64,000 bases of DNA from an uncultured Candidatus Saccharibacteria bacterium. Lineage in GTDB: Bacteria; Patescibacteriota; Saccharimonadia; Saccharimonadales; UBA10212. Position 1 is the stretch's first letter; the number at the start of each line of letters is the position of its first letter. The position numbers and the translations under genes are program-made. Under the pieces are notes generated by a model. The model had not been told where the DNA came from, did no database searches, and worked only from the letters and a program-made list of their open reading frames with translations. The stretch covers positions 23,997 to 87,996 of the forward strand of contig CAZAAL010000003.1 of the NCBI GenBank assembly GCA_964483315.1, written 5' to 3'. Below are positions 1 to 9,513 of the stretch, one piece after another.

Positions 1-369
1 GTTTTAGATGCAATAAAAACAGCTGAACATAAAACAAAACAAAACAAAAATGGGACGTTAGCTCTATGTTTTAATTATGGCGGTCAACAAGAAATTGTAG
101 ATGCCGTAAAAGGAATGCTTGAAGACCGAGTTAATCCGGATGCGATTACACCGGCCTTGGTAGATCAGTACGTATATCACCCCGAGCTTCCTGAAGTCGA
201 TTTAATAATCAGAACATCAAACGAACAAAGGTTAAGCGGTTTTATGATGTGGCGTTCAAGTTATAGTGAGCTTTATTTTAGTAGTAAGTATTGGCCAGAT
301 TTTACTATTGAAGATACGAACAAAGCACTTTTAGATTATCAAAATCGCCAAAGGCGATACGGAAAATAA
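1..369 (+). CDS. uppS: Undecaprenyl (isoprenyl) diphosphate synthase, C-terminal part; 5' end lies outside the window
   Basis: Frame 1 is open from base 1. The C-terminal block DLIIRTSNEQRLSGFMMWRSSYSELYF...WPDF matches the conserved cis-prenyltransferase (UppS) C-terminus. Confidence 0.85.
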   Translation, partial: VLDAIKTAEHKTKQNKNGTLALCFNYGGQQEIVDAVKGMLEDRVNPDAITPALVDQYVYHPELPEVDLIIRTSNEQRLSGFMMWRSSYSELYFSSKYWPDFTIEDTNKALLDYQNRQRRYGK

Positions 370-395
370 AAACAAGGGTAGCTGTGTTAAAATAA

Positions 396-1589
396 GTGTC
401 GATGAGTGTAGCTTTAGCAATTTTAGGTTACTTGCTTTTTGTCGGCTTAATTTTGATCCATGAGTGGGGTCATTACAAGGCTGCAAAAAGGGCTGGTGTT
501 AAGGTTGAAGAGTTTGGCTTGGGCTTTCCGCCCAGGGCCTACGGCAAAAAACAAAAAGATGGAATGATACTGAGCATAAACTGGTTACCATTAGGCGGAT
601 TTGTTAAGTTGAAGGGTGAGCATGATATGGATAAAGGAAAAGGTTCATATGGCTCAACAAGCTTAAAAAACAAGGTAAAAATTTTACTTGCAGGTGTAAC
701 CATGAATTTTATCACCGCAATTGCAATCTTTACTTTACTGGCACTGATTGGCATGCCAAAGGTGGTTGAGAATCAATTTAAGGTTGCTAGCGATACAAAA
801 ACCATAAATCAAAATGTAGCCGCTGGCTTTGTTGATGAAGGGTCGCCCGCCAAGCAGGCTGGCTTAGAAAACAGGGATATCATCCTTTCTATCAAGCCAG
901 CTACCTGCATAGGTGAATCTGCAGAATGCTTAAATAAAATAACCTCAGCCGAAAGTTTGAGGCAGACAACTCAAAAACTTGCGGGGCAAGAGGTAATAAT
1001 TGCTGTCAAACAAAATGGGAACCAAACAGAGCTAAAAACGACCCTCAGAACCACCCAAGAAGTTGAATCTAGCAAAAACAGTTCAAACCCAGTTGGCTAT
1101 CTTGGTATTGTGCCGGTTGAGCTAGCGCAATATCAATCAACCTGGAGTGCACCAGTTACCGCAGTTGGCTTTACTACTCAGCTTACATGGTTAACACTTA
1201 AGGGTATAAGCTCGGCCTTATCAGGGCTAGGAAAAACCATAGCAGGCTTAGTTACTTTTAATAATCAAGCTCGTACAAATGGCCAAACTCAAGCTACCGA
1301 GCAAACTGGTGGGATCGTAGCCATTACCAGAATAATATGGGACAGTGGCTCGCTTGGTGTAGCATTTATGCTTATGATAATCGGAGTATTGTCACTAAGC
1401 TTGGCAGTAATAAATCTTTTACCGATTCCTGCACTAGATGGGGGTAGACTTGCAGTAACCTTGATGTTTAGATGGATAAAAAAGCCCTTAACTCCGGCTC
1501 TGGAGGAGCGTATTCATGGCACTGGCATGGCGGTTCTATTGACTTTATTTGTACTAATTACAATCGTAGATGTCAGACGATTCTATTAA
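396..1589 (+). CDS. rseP: RIP (site-2) zinc metalloprotease, RseP/M50 family
   Basis: HEWGH (HExxH) lies in the first TM helix. There is a central PDZ-like segment and a C-terminal LPIPALDGG motif. It follows uppS, as in many bacteria. Confidence 0.85.
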   Translation: MSMSVALAILGYLLFVGLILIHEWGHYKAAKRAGVKVEEFGLGFPPRAYGKKQKDGMILSINWLPLGGFVKLKGEHDMDKGKGSYGSTSLKNKVKILLAGVTMNFITAIAIFTLLALIGMPKVVENQFKVASDTKTINQNVAAGFVDEGSPAKQAGLENRDIILSIKPATCIGESAECLNKITSAESLRQTTQKLAGQEVIIAVKQNGNQTELKTTLRTTQEVESSKNSSNPVGYLGIVPVELAQYQSTWSAPVTAVGFTTQLTWLTLKGISSALSGLGKTIAGLVTFNNQARTNGQTQATEQTGGIVAITRIIWDSGSLGVAFMLMIIGVLSLSLAVINLLPIPALDGGRLAVTLMFRWIKKPLTPALEERIHGTGMAVLLTLFVLITIVDVRRFY

Positions 1590-2373
1590 AGCTGCAAAGC
1601 CAGCCCAAGAACCAAAAATAGCAAAAAAGCCACTTAAAGTCGACTTTGGTAACCCAGTTAAGGTCATATTACTTACCTTAGCAATCTTCTTATCAACCCA
1701 GCTTATATCTGCATTGATTATCGGCATAGTGTCGGTAATTGTTAACGGTAACTCAAGTGTTGAAAATTTATTTGAGGGCTCAGTACTATTAAACTTTATA
1801 TTTATACTACTAACTGAAGCGCTGACGTTTTTATTTGTATTTAAACTGATTGGCGGCTTGAAGTCACAACTTAAAAAAATTGGGTTAATCAGTCCACAGT
1901 GGCGAGATTTAGGCTATGCCTCAGTTGGTTTTATTGGATACTACGCAATATTATTAGTTGTTTCAATAATTGTATATACTCTAATTCCATCGATAGACAC
2001 TGATCAAAAGCAAGATTTGGGTTTTGAAGATCTAAAAAACAACCTAGAGCTTGTAATTGCGTTTTTTAGTCTTGTAATCCTGCCACCGTTAGGTGAAGAA
2101 ATATTGATGAGGGGCTATTTGTTTAGTGGTCTTAGATACAGATTAAAATTCTGGGTATCAGCATTAATTGTAAGTGTTCTTTTTGCTATTGCTCATTTGC
2201 AATTAGGCGGTTCAGAAGCACCTCTATGGGCTGCCGCAATAAACACTTTTGTACTATCTATGGTTTTGGTGTTTGTGCGTGAAAAATCGGGCAGTTTATG
2301 GCCGGCAATCTATATTCATATGTTAAATAATCTTGTAGCGTTCATTTACCTGTTTAAAGACAACATCTTTTAG
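1570..2373 (+). CDS. CPBP family intramembrane glutamic endopeptidase (CAAX protease-like)
   Basis: Polytopic membrane protein with EEILMRGY (EExxxR), FAIAH and HMLNN motifs typical of the CPBP/Abi family. Confidence 0.75.
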   Translation: MSDDSIKAAKPAQEPKIAKKPLKVDFGNPVKVILLTLAIFLSTQLISALIIGIVSVIVNGNSSVENLFEGSVLLNFIFILLTEALTFLFVFKLIGGLKSQLKKIGLISPQWRDLGYASVGFIGYYAILLVVSIIVYTLIPSIDTDQKQDLGFEDLKNNLELVIAFFSLVILPPLGEEILMRGYLFSGLRYRLKFWVSALIVSVLFAIAHLQLGGSEAPLWAAAINTFVLSMVLVFVREKSGSLWPAIYIHMLNNLVAFIYLFKDNIF

Positions 2374-2393
2374 ATTAAAATACTTAAGTAGCT

Positions 2394-3650
2394 ATGAGAA
2401 GAACTCAAATTTTTTTAAAGTCCAGGCATCAGTTTCCGGCTGATGAACAGAGTAAAAATGCCCAGTTGTTAATTAAAGCAGGCTATATTCACAAAGATTC
2501 AGCCGGCGTGTATGCTTATCTGCCACTAGGTCTGATGGTCATTGAGAATATTATACAAATCGTTCGGGAAGAGATGGCGGGTATCGGATCAAGCGAACTG
2601 CTCATGACCACTCTTCAGCGTAAAGAATTATGGGAAAGAACTAATCGTTGGTCGGACAGTGCAGTAGACGTGTGGTTTAAATCAAAACTTAAAAATGACA
2701 CAGAGGTGGGGTTGGCTTGGTCGCATGAGGAGCCAATAACTGAGATGATGCTGGAATTTATTGCGAGCTACCGTGATTTGCCAAAATATGTTTATCAATT
2801 CCAAACTAAACTACGTAACGAAACTCGAGCCAAAAGCGGAGTAATGCGTGCTAGGGAATTTTTAATGAAAGACCTATATTCCTATTCGGCATCAGATCAA
2901 GACCGCCAAAAGTTTTACGACGATGTAACCCAATCCTACATGAGGGTGTATCAACGACTCGGGCTTGGCGAGATAACTTATCTTACCTACGCCTCTGGAG
3001 GGGCATTTACCCAGTTCAGTCACGAGTTTCAAACACTTTGCTCGTCAGGTGAGGATAATATCTATCTAGATAAAGATAAAAAAATCGCCATTAACGATGA
3101 GGTGTTTTCCGATGAAGTTGTTGAGCAACTTGGCCTAAACAAAGATAATTTAAAGCTTGTTAAAGCGGCTGAGGTTGGTAATATATTCAACTTCGGTACC
3201 CAAAAAGCCGAGGAGTTAGGATTATATTTCACAGATGAAGATGGTCAAAACAAACCAGTGTACATTGGCTCTTATGGAATTGGTGTAAGTCGGCTTATGG
3301 GTGTTATGACCGAATGCTTTGCTGATGATAAGGGCTTAGTCTGGCCAGAGGCAGTGGCGCCATTTAAGGTTTATCTAGCTAGGCTTTCAACTGATGAAAA
3401 AGTTGTTAAAACAGCAGATGAAATTTATAACAAGTTGACAGCAAAAGGCGTTAGTGTAATATATGATGACCGAGAGGCAAGAGCTGGCGAAATCTTAACA
3501 GATGCCGAGCTGATGGGCATGCCTTATAGAGTAGTTGTGAGTGAACGTACCACAGACAGCGGACTTCACGAGCTAAAGAATCGCTCTAATGGTGATCAAA
3601 AAAACATTTCAGTCGACGAACTTATAAATATTGTAGCCAAAACCGAATAG
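2394..3650 (+). CDS. proS: Proline--tRNA ligase, short form without an INS editing domain
   Basis: Class II aaRS motifs. The N-terminus (QLLIKAGYI...GVYAYLPLG) and C-terminal anticodon-binding domain are typical of ProRS. At 418 aa there is no room for the bacterial insertion domain. Confidence 0.85.
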   Translation: MRRTQIFLKSRHQFPADEQSKNAQLLIKAGYIHKDSAGVYAYLPLGLMVIENIIQIVREEMAGIGSSELLMTTLQRKELWERTNRWSDSAVDVWFKSKLKNDTEVGLAWSHEEPITEMMLEFIASYRDLPKYVYQFQTKLRNETRAKSGVMRAREFLMKDLYSYSASDQDRQKFYDDVTQSYMRVYQRLGLGEITYLTYASGGAFTQFSHEFQTLCSSGEDNIYLDKDKKIAINDEVFSDEVVEQLGLNKDNLKLVKAAEVGNIFNFGTQKAEELGLYFTDEDGQNKPVYIGSYGIGVSRLMGVMTECFADDKGLVWPEAVAPFKVYLARLSTDEKVVKTADEIYNKLTAKGVSVIYDDREARAGEILTDAELMGMPYRVVVSERTTDSGLHELKNRSNGDQKNISVDELINIVAKTE

Positions 3651-3727
3651 GCTTGATAAAATCATTTAAATACGAATTTGTAGGGATGTTTATTTAAGGA
3701 GTAAATACACCAAGCGGACTTAATATT

Positions 3728-4186
3728 ATGAAAAAACAATTCCATTTAACACAAGCAGGTATTGATGAGCTAAAGTTAGAGCATGAGAACTTAATTGCTC
3801 AGCGCAGTCCGTTAGCGGATAGAATTAAACAGGCTCGAGAACTTGGTGATTTAAGTGAAAATGCCGAATATCAAACTGCAAGGGAAGAACAAGGAAAGCT
3901 CGAAAGTCGCATTAGTGAAATTGAGCATATACTCCAAAACGTGGAGGTAATCAAAAAACCAAAAGGAACGGTTATGGTTCAACTTGGCTCTACGGTCAAG
4001 CTATCGGGTAACGGATCACAAAAAGTATTCCAAGTAGTTGGTACTGTTGAAGCCGATCCACTAAACGGAAAAATCAGCGACGAATCACCCATCGGTCAAG
4101 CATTAATGGGTAAATCAGTTGGCGATAAGGTTGAGATTGTAACCCCAGTAGATACGGCTGTCTACAAAGTCGCTAACATATCTTAA
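3728..4186 (+). CDS. greA: Transcription elongation factor GreA
   Basis: N-terminal coiled coil with the acidic tip (ELGDLSENAEYQTAREEQ) and a C-terminal FKBP-like domain (SDESPIGQALMGKSVGD). Confidence 0.9.
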   Translation: MKKQFHLTQAGIDELKLEHENLIAQRSPLADRIKQARELGDLSENAEYQTAREEQGKLESRISEIEHILQNVEVIKKPKGTVMVQLGSTVKLSGNGSQKVFQVVGTVEADPLNGKISDESPIGQALMGKSVGDKVEIVTPVDTAVYKVANIS

Positions 4187-4228
4187 AATTGCTAGCGATA
4201 ACAGCTCAAAACATGTAAGCTAATTATT

Positions 4229-5752
4229 ATGAATTGGCTAAATAAAATTGTCGATCAAATAATTGCTAGTAGCGAAGGTGGTGAGATTATTGTGTCTTCT
4301 GGCGTGTCGCCATCAGGCAAGTATCATCTTGGAACCTTACGTGAAGTTCTTACAGCCGAGGTAGTTGTTAGAGAACTAAAACATCGCAAGAAAAAAGCTA
4401 AACACATACACTTTGTTGATGATCTAGACGGTTTAAGAAAAATACCAATAGGGCTGCCTGAAGATTTCTCTCAATACCTAGGTCAGTCACTGTGCTTAGT
4501 ACCATCACCAGTTATTGGCTTTCATTCTTATGCTGAATATTTTTTGAGCGATCTGGTTGGTGCATGCAAGACTTTAAATCTTAAAATGGACATTCAAAAG
4601 TCACATGTTCGTTACAGGGAAGGCTTTTTTACTCCAGCGATTGAATCAGCGCTTAACAACATTACATCAATCAGGAATATTCTTGAAAACGTATCTGGCC
4701 ATAAGTTGGGCGATGAGTGGTCTCCGATCCAAATTAATGAAGACGGCTACTTAAAAAAGCGTCAATTTGTCAGCCTGGATCCAAAGTCAAAAACCCTTGT
4801 CTATAAAGATAAATCGGGTAAAAAGCAAAAGATCGATTATTCAAATGGTATGGTAAAACTTGATTGGCGAATTGATTGGCCGGCTAGATGGTGGTTACTT
4901 GGAGTGAATGCTGAGCCATTTGGACGCGATCATGCATCGGCTGGTGGGAGCTATGATACCGGTGCCCAAATTGTAAAAAATATTTTTGGCACACAGCCAC
5001 CTATACCGGTTGCTTATGATTTTATAAACAAGACTGGCGACACTAAAAAAATGAGCAAGAGTGCCGGTGACACCGTAAATCTGGCTGAATTACTTGAAAT
5101 ACTACCACCAGAAGTCGTATGGTTTTTTGTAATTAGGTATGAACCGAGTAAATTACTTTATTTTGACCAAAATGAAGGGGTAGTTAGATTAATTGATGAA
5201 TATGCTGAACTACTAGCAAAAGTTGATAAAAATGAATCAGAAAGGCAGCTGATAAGACTTTGCAGTGAAGGACTTAAGTCGACTATTAGCCAAGTGCCAT
5301 TTTCGTTATTAGTATCTAGCTATCAGGCAGCCTTAAAAGATAAAGACCAAACGATTAACATAATATCGAGAACCGAACATTCAAAAAATATTGACAAAGA
5401 GACAATACACAGAGAGCTAGATTTTATAGATAACTGGCTAAAGAGCTGGGCTCCAGAGGATGTTAAATTTGAACTACGCCAAAATGTAAACCATGCCGAA
5501 TTTACTGAGCAACAACGATCATATTTTATGAAACTGGCATATAAGATTGAAAATGCTCCAAAAGATGCTGATGGCGAATGGTTCCATAAGGTCATATATG
5601 AATTTAAAGAGTCAGGCGAAGTAATCGCCGACGATCTATTCAAACCACTTTATAAGCTATTGATTGGTAAAACTTCTGGCCCAAGGGCTGGTTGGTTTCT
5701 GTCAATCTTACCGAGGGACTGGCTTGTTAAGCGTCTAATGCTTGAAGTCTAA
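4229..5752 (+). CDS. lysK: Lysine--tRNA ligase, class I type
   Basis: Class I signature HLGT (HIGH-like, SGKYHLGTLRE) and KMSKS (KKMSKSAGD). Length and layout match class I LysRS rather than class II LysS. Confidence 0.8.
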   Translation: MNWLNKIVDQIIASSEGGEIIVSSGVSPSGKYHLGTLREVLTAEVVVRELKHRKKKAKHIHFVDDLDGLRKIPIGLPEDFSQYLGQSLCLVPSPVIGFHSYAEYFLSDLVGACKTLNLKMDIQKSHVRYREGFFTPAIESALNNITSIRNILENVSGHKLGDEWSPIQINEDGYLKKRQFVSLDPKSKTLVYKDKSGKKQKIDYSNGMVKLDWRIDWPARWWLLGVNAEPFGRDHASAGGSYDTGAQIVKNIFGTQPPIPVAYDFINKTGDTKKMSKSAGDTVNLAELLEILPPEVVWFFVIRYEPSKLLYFDQNEGVVRLIDEYAELLAKVDKNESERQLIRLCSEGLKSTISQVPFSLLVSSYQAALKDKDQTINIISRTEHSKNIDKETIHRELDFIDNWLKSWAPEDVKFELRQNVNHAEFTEQQRSYFMKLAYKIENAPKDADGEWFHKVIYEFKESGEVIADDLFKPLYKLLIGKTSGPRAGWFLSILPRDWLVKRLMLEV

Positions 5753-7391
5753 GCTCGAGCCCTCCAATATTTTTAGCGAAGTAGCTATCATGCGAAATAT
5801 AAATGATGGCTCCATTGTATTTTGTTAAGGCTTGCTCCAACTCTTCAATACTTGGTAAATCCAGGTGGTTAGTTGGTTCGTCTAGAATTAGTATATTTGG
5901 CTTGGTGCTTAGCATTCGAATTATCTGCAATCTAGCTTTTTGCCCACCACTTAAATCGGATACTTTTTTGCGTCCATCTGATATTGGGTCAAATAGGTAG
6001 TCAGACATTAGCCTTTTTACTTCTTGGGAGTTTATAGCTTGCTTGGCAGATTCGAGAGTTTTTTCAAGCGCCTGTTCAAGAGTTAAATGGAGTAGGTTGT
6101 CGCTAATCTCTTGCTCATAAACAGAAAGTCTTAACTTTTTATTCAATTTTATTTGACCAGCTAAAAGAGTTTTTGGTTGGTGGTTGTTGTATACGGAATC
6201 AATTGCTCTGACCAAAGTGGTTTTACCAACACCGTTTCGGCCAATTATATGTAGCCTATCAAAATGCCCAAGGCTAAATGAAGTTGGGGCAAAGAGCGGT
6301 TTTGTATAGCCAAGGCTAACCGACTCAAGTTTTACCAGTTCGGATTTTTGTTCGTCTAAACTATTGTGGGCAAGCTTTATATTTTTTGCTTTATATTTAT
6401 GATAAGACTGGCTGATTTTGGGGTTTAGGTTTTCTGAAGATTCTTGGTCAATCCAAAAACTTGGCTTGGGATTTTCGGCTTCAACCTTAACTAACTGTTT
6501 TTCGAGCCTTTCTTTAAGAACAATCCATGGGTTTTTTGAGGCCCCACCACGATATCCAGGCGCTTTAGCTTTGGCATATTCAATCCTGTCTTTAAGGTTC
6601 AGAATAGTTTTTTGAGCAATCTCAAAATTTTGTAAATCTGAACTGGTTTTTTGAGTATTTTGCATCAAGTATTCATCGTAGCCACCTTTATATGAAAAGG
6701 CTTTTTTATCCTTTAGCTCGATTATTCTATCAACCTGTTTTAACACATCGCGGTCATGGCTAATGACGATTACGCCAAAATCTACCTCATTTAACCATTT
6801 AATAAAGGCAGATTTTGCAATAAAATCCATATGATTGGTCGGCTCATCGATTAAGGCTATATCTGGCTTTGAAAGTTGAACTCTAACCAGTTCAGCAAAT
6901 CTTTTCTGACCACCACTAAGATTTTTAAAAGGTTTGTATGCCATTGACTCTGGTATCTGGTAATCATTAAGTAACTGAATTGTATTTTGCTCTACATTAA
7001 AATAATCCAGTCTGTTAAATTCCTCCAAAGCATCACTATACTGGTGGATTAGGTGCATCTTGGAGTTCATTTTGTTTGGGTAGGTATCGATTATAGTTTT
7101 TAGTTCGCTGTAGCGGGGTAGTCCGCTTGATATATATTCCACTACGCTTAGCTTTGTTTGGCTTGGGCTAAATTCTTGCTGGGTGCTAATTAAAATTGCT
7201 GATTTTTTTATATCGATAAGCCCATCGTATTCGGTATCGCTACCGTTAATCATTCTAAAAAGGGTGGTTTTACCGCAACCATTACGACCGATAAGTGCAA
7301 CTCGTTCTTTTTCATGCAATGAAAACTCTAAATTTTCTAGCAAGGGCTCGCTACCCATAATCTTTTGCCTGATTAGAACATTAATCAACAT
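5727..7391 (-). CDS. ABC-F family ATPase with two ABC cassettes and no TM domain (Uup/EttA-like)
   Basis: Two Walker A sites (GRNGCGKTT, GRNGVGKTT), two LSGGQK signatures and two DEPTNH(M/L)D Walker B/D-loops, joined by a charged linker. Confidence 0.8.
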   Translation of the reverse strand: MLINVLIRQKIMGSEPLLENLEFSLHEKERVALIGRNGCGKTTLFRMINGSDTEYDGLIDIKKSAILISTQQEFSPSQTKLSVVEYISSGLPRYSELKTIIDTYPNKMNSKMHLIHQYSDALEEFNRLDYFNVEQNTIQLLNDYQIPESMAYKPFKNLSGGQKRFAELVRVQLSKPDIALIDEPTNHMDFIAKSAFIKWLNEVDFGVIVISHDRDVLKQVDRIIELKDKKAFSYKGGYDEYLMQNTQKTSSDLQNFEIAQKTILNLKDRIEYAKAKAPGYRGGASKNPWIVLKERLEKQLVKVEAENPKPSFWIDQESSENLNPKISQSYHKYKAKNIKLAHNSLDEQKSELVKLESVSLGYTKPLFAPTSFSLGHFDRLHIIGRNGVGKTTLVRAIDSVYNNHQPKTLLAGQIKLNKKLRLSVYEQEISDNLLHLTLEQALEKTLESAKQAINSQEVKRLMSDYLFDPISDGRKKVSDLSGGQKARLQIIRMLSTKPNILILDEPTNHLDLPSIEELEQALTKYNGAIIYISHDSYFAKNIGGLELRLQALDA

Positions 7392-7420
7392 AGGTTATAT
7401 CTTACCACTGTTGCTGTATA

Positions 7421-8131
7421 ATGTGGGTAAAGGGTATAGATGTGATTGAGGTAAAAAATTTAACAAAAATTTATGGCAAAGGCGAAAATCAGTTCAAAGC
7501 ATTGGATGCTGTAAATTTTCGGGTTGATTTAGGCCCGACGGTTGCGATTATTGGCAAAAGTGGTAGCGGAAAAAGTACATTGATGCATTTAATGAGTGGG
7601 CTCGATAAAGCCGATAGTGGTCAAGTCATAGTAGCCGGACAAGATATTCAAAAAATGAGCCAAAAGGAAGCTGATAGGTTTCGAGCTACAGACATGAGCT
7701 TTATTTTTCAGTCTTTTTTTGTTGAGGCAAATCAAACATGTTTTCAGAATGTGAGCCTTCCGCTTGAGATCGCGGACGTCCCGCGTACCGTGCGAGCTAA
7801 AATGATAACTACCGCGCTTGATAAAGTGGAACTGTCCGATAAAATACACGAGCCGTCAGTAAATTTAAGTGGCGGTCAAAAGCAACGCCTAGCAATCGCA
7901 CGTGCAATCGTAGCTAGTCCAAAAATTATTTTTGCCGATGAGCCGACCGGTAATCTAGATAGCTTAACCGGTGAAAAGGTCATGGATTTATTATTCGGCA
8001 TAAGTAAAAATCAGGGAACAACTTTATTTATCGTTACACATGATGAGGACTTGGCAAAAAAATGCCAAGTTCAAATAAAGCTGCACGATGGCAAGGTAGT
8101 TGATGTTAAAACAAAGGCTAAAAACCGATGA
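7421..8131 (+). CDS. ABC transporter ATP-binding protein, MacB/LolD-like
   Basis: GKSGSGKST Walker A, LSGGQKQR signature and FADEPTGNLD Walker B. The start could instead be GTG 7442. Confidence 0.85.
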   Translation: MWVKGIDVIEVKNLTKIYGKGENQFKALDAVNFRVDLGPTVAIIGKSGSGKSTLMHLMSGLDKADSGQVIVAGQDIQKMSQKEADRFRATDMSFIFQSFFVEANQTCFQNVSLPLEIADVPRTVRAKMITTALDKVELSDKIHEPSVNLSGGQKQRLAIARAIVASPKIIFADEPTGNLDSLTGEKVMDLLFGISKNQGTTLFIVTHDEDLAKKCQVQIKLHDGKVVDVKTKAKNR

Positions 8132-9513
8132 AAAGTTTTGATATTGCTCGTCGAAGCGGAAGAAGCTTGCGTGCAGCCAAGCTTCGCACTATTTTGACGG
8201 CACTGGCTATAGCAGTTGGTGGCTTTACACTTGTTTTAACGCTTGCAGCCAGTAACGGCCTAAGAAACTATACCGATAAACTCATTAGTTCTAACTACGA
8301 TCCAGCAGAGTTATTTGTTGGCCGAGACCCTGAAGTTTCAAATAATGGCACGCCATCAGATACACCAAAAGAATATGACGAATCTGTCTCCTCACTTGAT
8401 ATTGGTGGTGGTGCCTCAGGTAGTCTGCAGATAAAAAGGGTAACGGCTGATGATGTTGAACAACTAAAAAAACTTGAATATGTTGAAAATGTCCGCGAGA
8501 GTTACCAGATAAATGTTCGCTATGTAACCCGTGATGGCCAAAAAAAATACACAGCCAGTGCCGAAGCATATAATCCAGCTCAAAAACCAGAAATTAAAGC
8601 CGGAGACTTGCCAGAAACAGGTGATATCTCGCAGGGTAAAGTATTGCTACCAGATAACTATTTGAGCGTTCTGGGTTTTAATAGTCCAGATGAAGCAATC
8701 GGACAACAAATTAGGATCACTGTTCAAAGGCCTTTTTCAGTATCAACACTCCAACAACTACTATCGACTAATCAAAGTTTAGATAGCATCGACCCCAATG
8801 ATGTAAAACCAGAAGAAAAAACCTATAGCTTCGAAGTAGTTGGTGTAACCAAAAAACCAGCGACAAGTCTCAGTTTTGGTGTGTCTCCAATTTTACTGTC
8901 GCAAACAGACGCTAAAAGTTTATATGATATTACAACCCAAGGCACCGCCGATTATGAAAAATACCTGTTTGTTTATGTAAGGGTCAAAGATGGCACCCAG
9001 CAGGCAAATATTGATTCGGCCAAATCCAATTTAATAGCCAAGGGCTACTATGTGCAAAGCACAAAAGATGTTCAGCAGGCAATCAACCAATTTGTAAACA
9101 TTTTAACAATTATGGTGGGAGTTTTTGGTTTGATAACAATCATTGCGTCTGTTTTTGGAATAATCAATACCCAGTACATTAGCGTTCTTGAAAGAACTAG
9201 AGAAATTGGTCTAATGAAGGCGTTGGGTATGCGCAGAAAAGATATTAATAAATTGTTTATTTTTGAAGCAGCTTGGATTGGGCTAATGGGCGGAATAATT
9301 GGATCTATCATAGGTATCTTACTGGGGATTGGTCTTAATCCGTTAATAACCAAACAGCTTGAGCTTGGTGAAGGCGAAAGCCTTTTAGTCTTTAAGCCGG
9401 TCCAGGTTCTTTTATTAATTTTATTCTTAATGCTTGTGGCAACACTCGCAGGGCTACTGCCAGCCCGTAAAGCTAGCAAGCTTGATCCGATAACTGCACT
9501 AAGGACAGAATAA
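8128..9513 (+). CDS. ABC transporter permease, FtsX/MacB-type, with a large extracytoplasmic domain
   Basis: N-terminal TM helix, about 270 aa of extracytoplasmic domain, then a C-terminal FtsX-like 3-TM bundle ending LPARKASKLDPITALR. ATGA overlap with the upstream ATPase gene. Confidence 0.8.
   Translation: MKSFDIARRSGRSLRAAKLRTILTALAIAVGGFTLVLTLAASNGLRNYTDKLISSNYDPAELFVGRDPEVSNNGTPSDTPKEYDESVSSLDIGGGASGSLQIKRVTADDVEQLKKLEYVENVRESYQINVRYVTRDGQKKYTASAEAYNPAQKPEIKAGDLPETGDISQGKVLLPDNYLSVLGFNSPDEAIGQQIRITVQRPFSVSTLQQLLSTNQSLDSIDPNDVKPEEKTYSFEVVGVTKKPATSLSFGVSPILLSQTDAKSLYDITTQGTADYEKYLFVYVRVKDGTQQANIDSAKSNLIAKGYYVQSTKDVQQAINQFVNILTIMVGVFGLITIIASVFGIINTQYISVLERTREIGLMKALGMRRKDINKLFIFEAAWIGLMGGIIGSIIGILLGIGLNPLITKQLELGEGESLLVFKPVQVLLLILFLMLVATLAGLLPARKASKLDPITALRTE

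Noticed and set aside
5727-5752. A 26-bp convergent 3'-end overlap between lysK and the ABC-F gene.
   Set aside because: Short convergent overlaps are common in compact genomes, and nothing else distinguishes the site. I noted it but do not consider it a finding.
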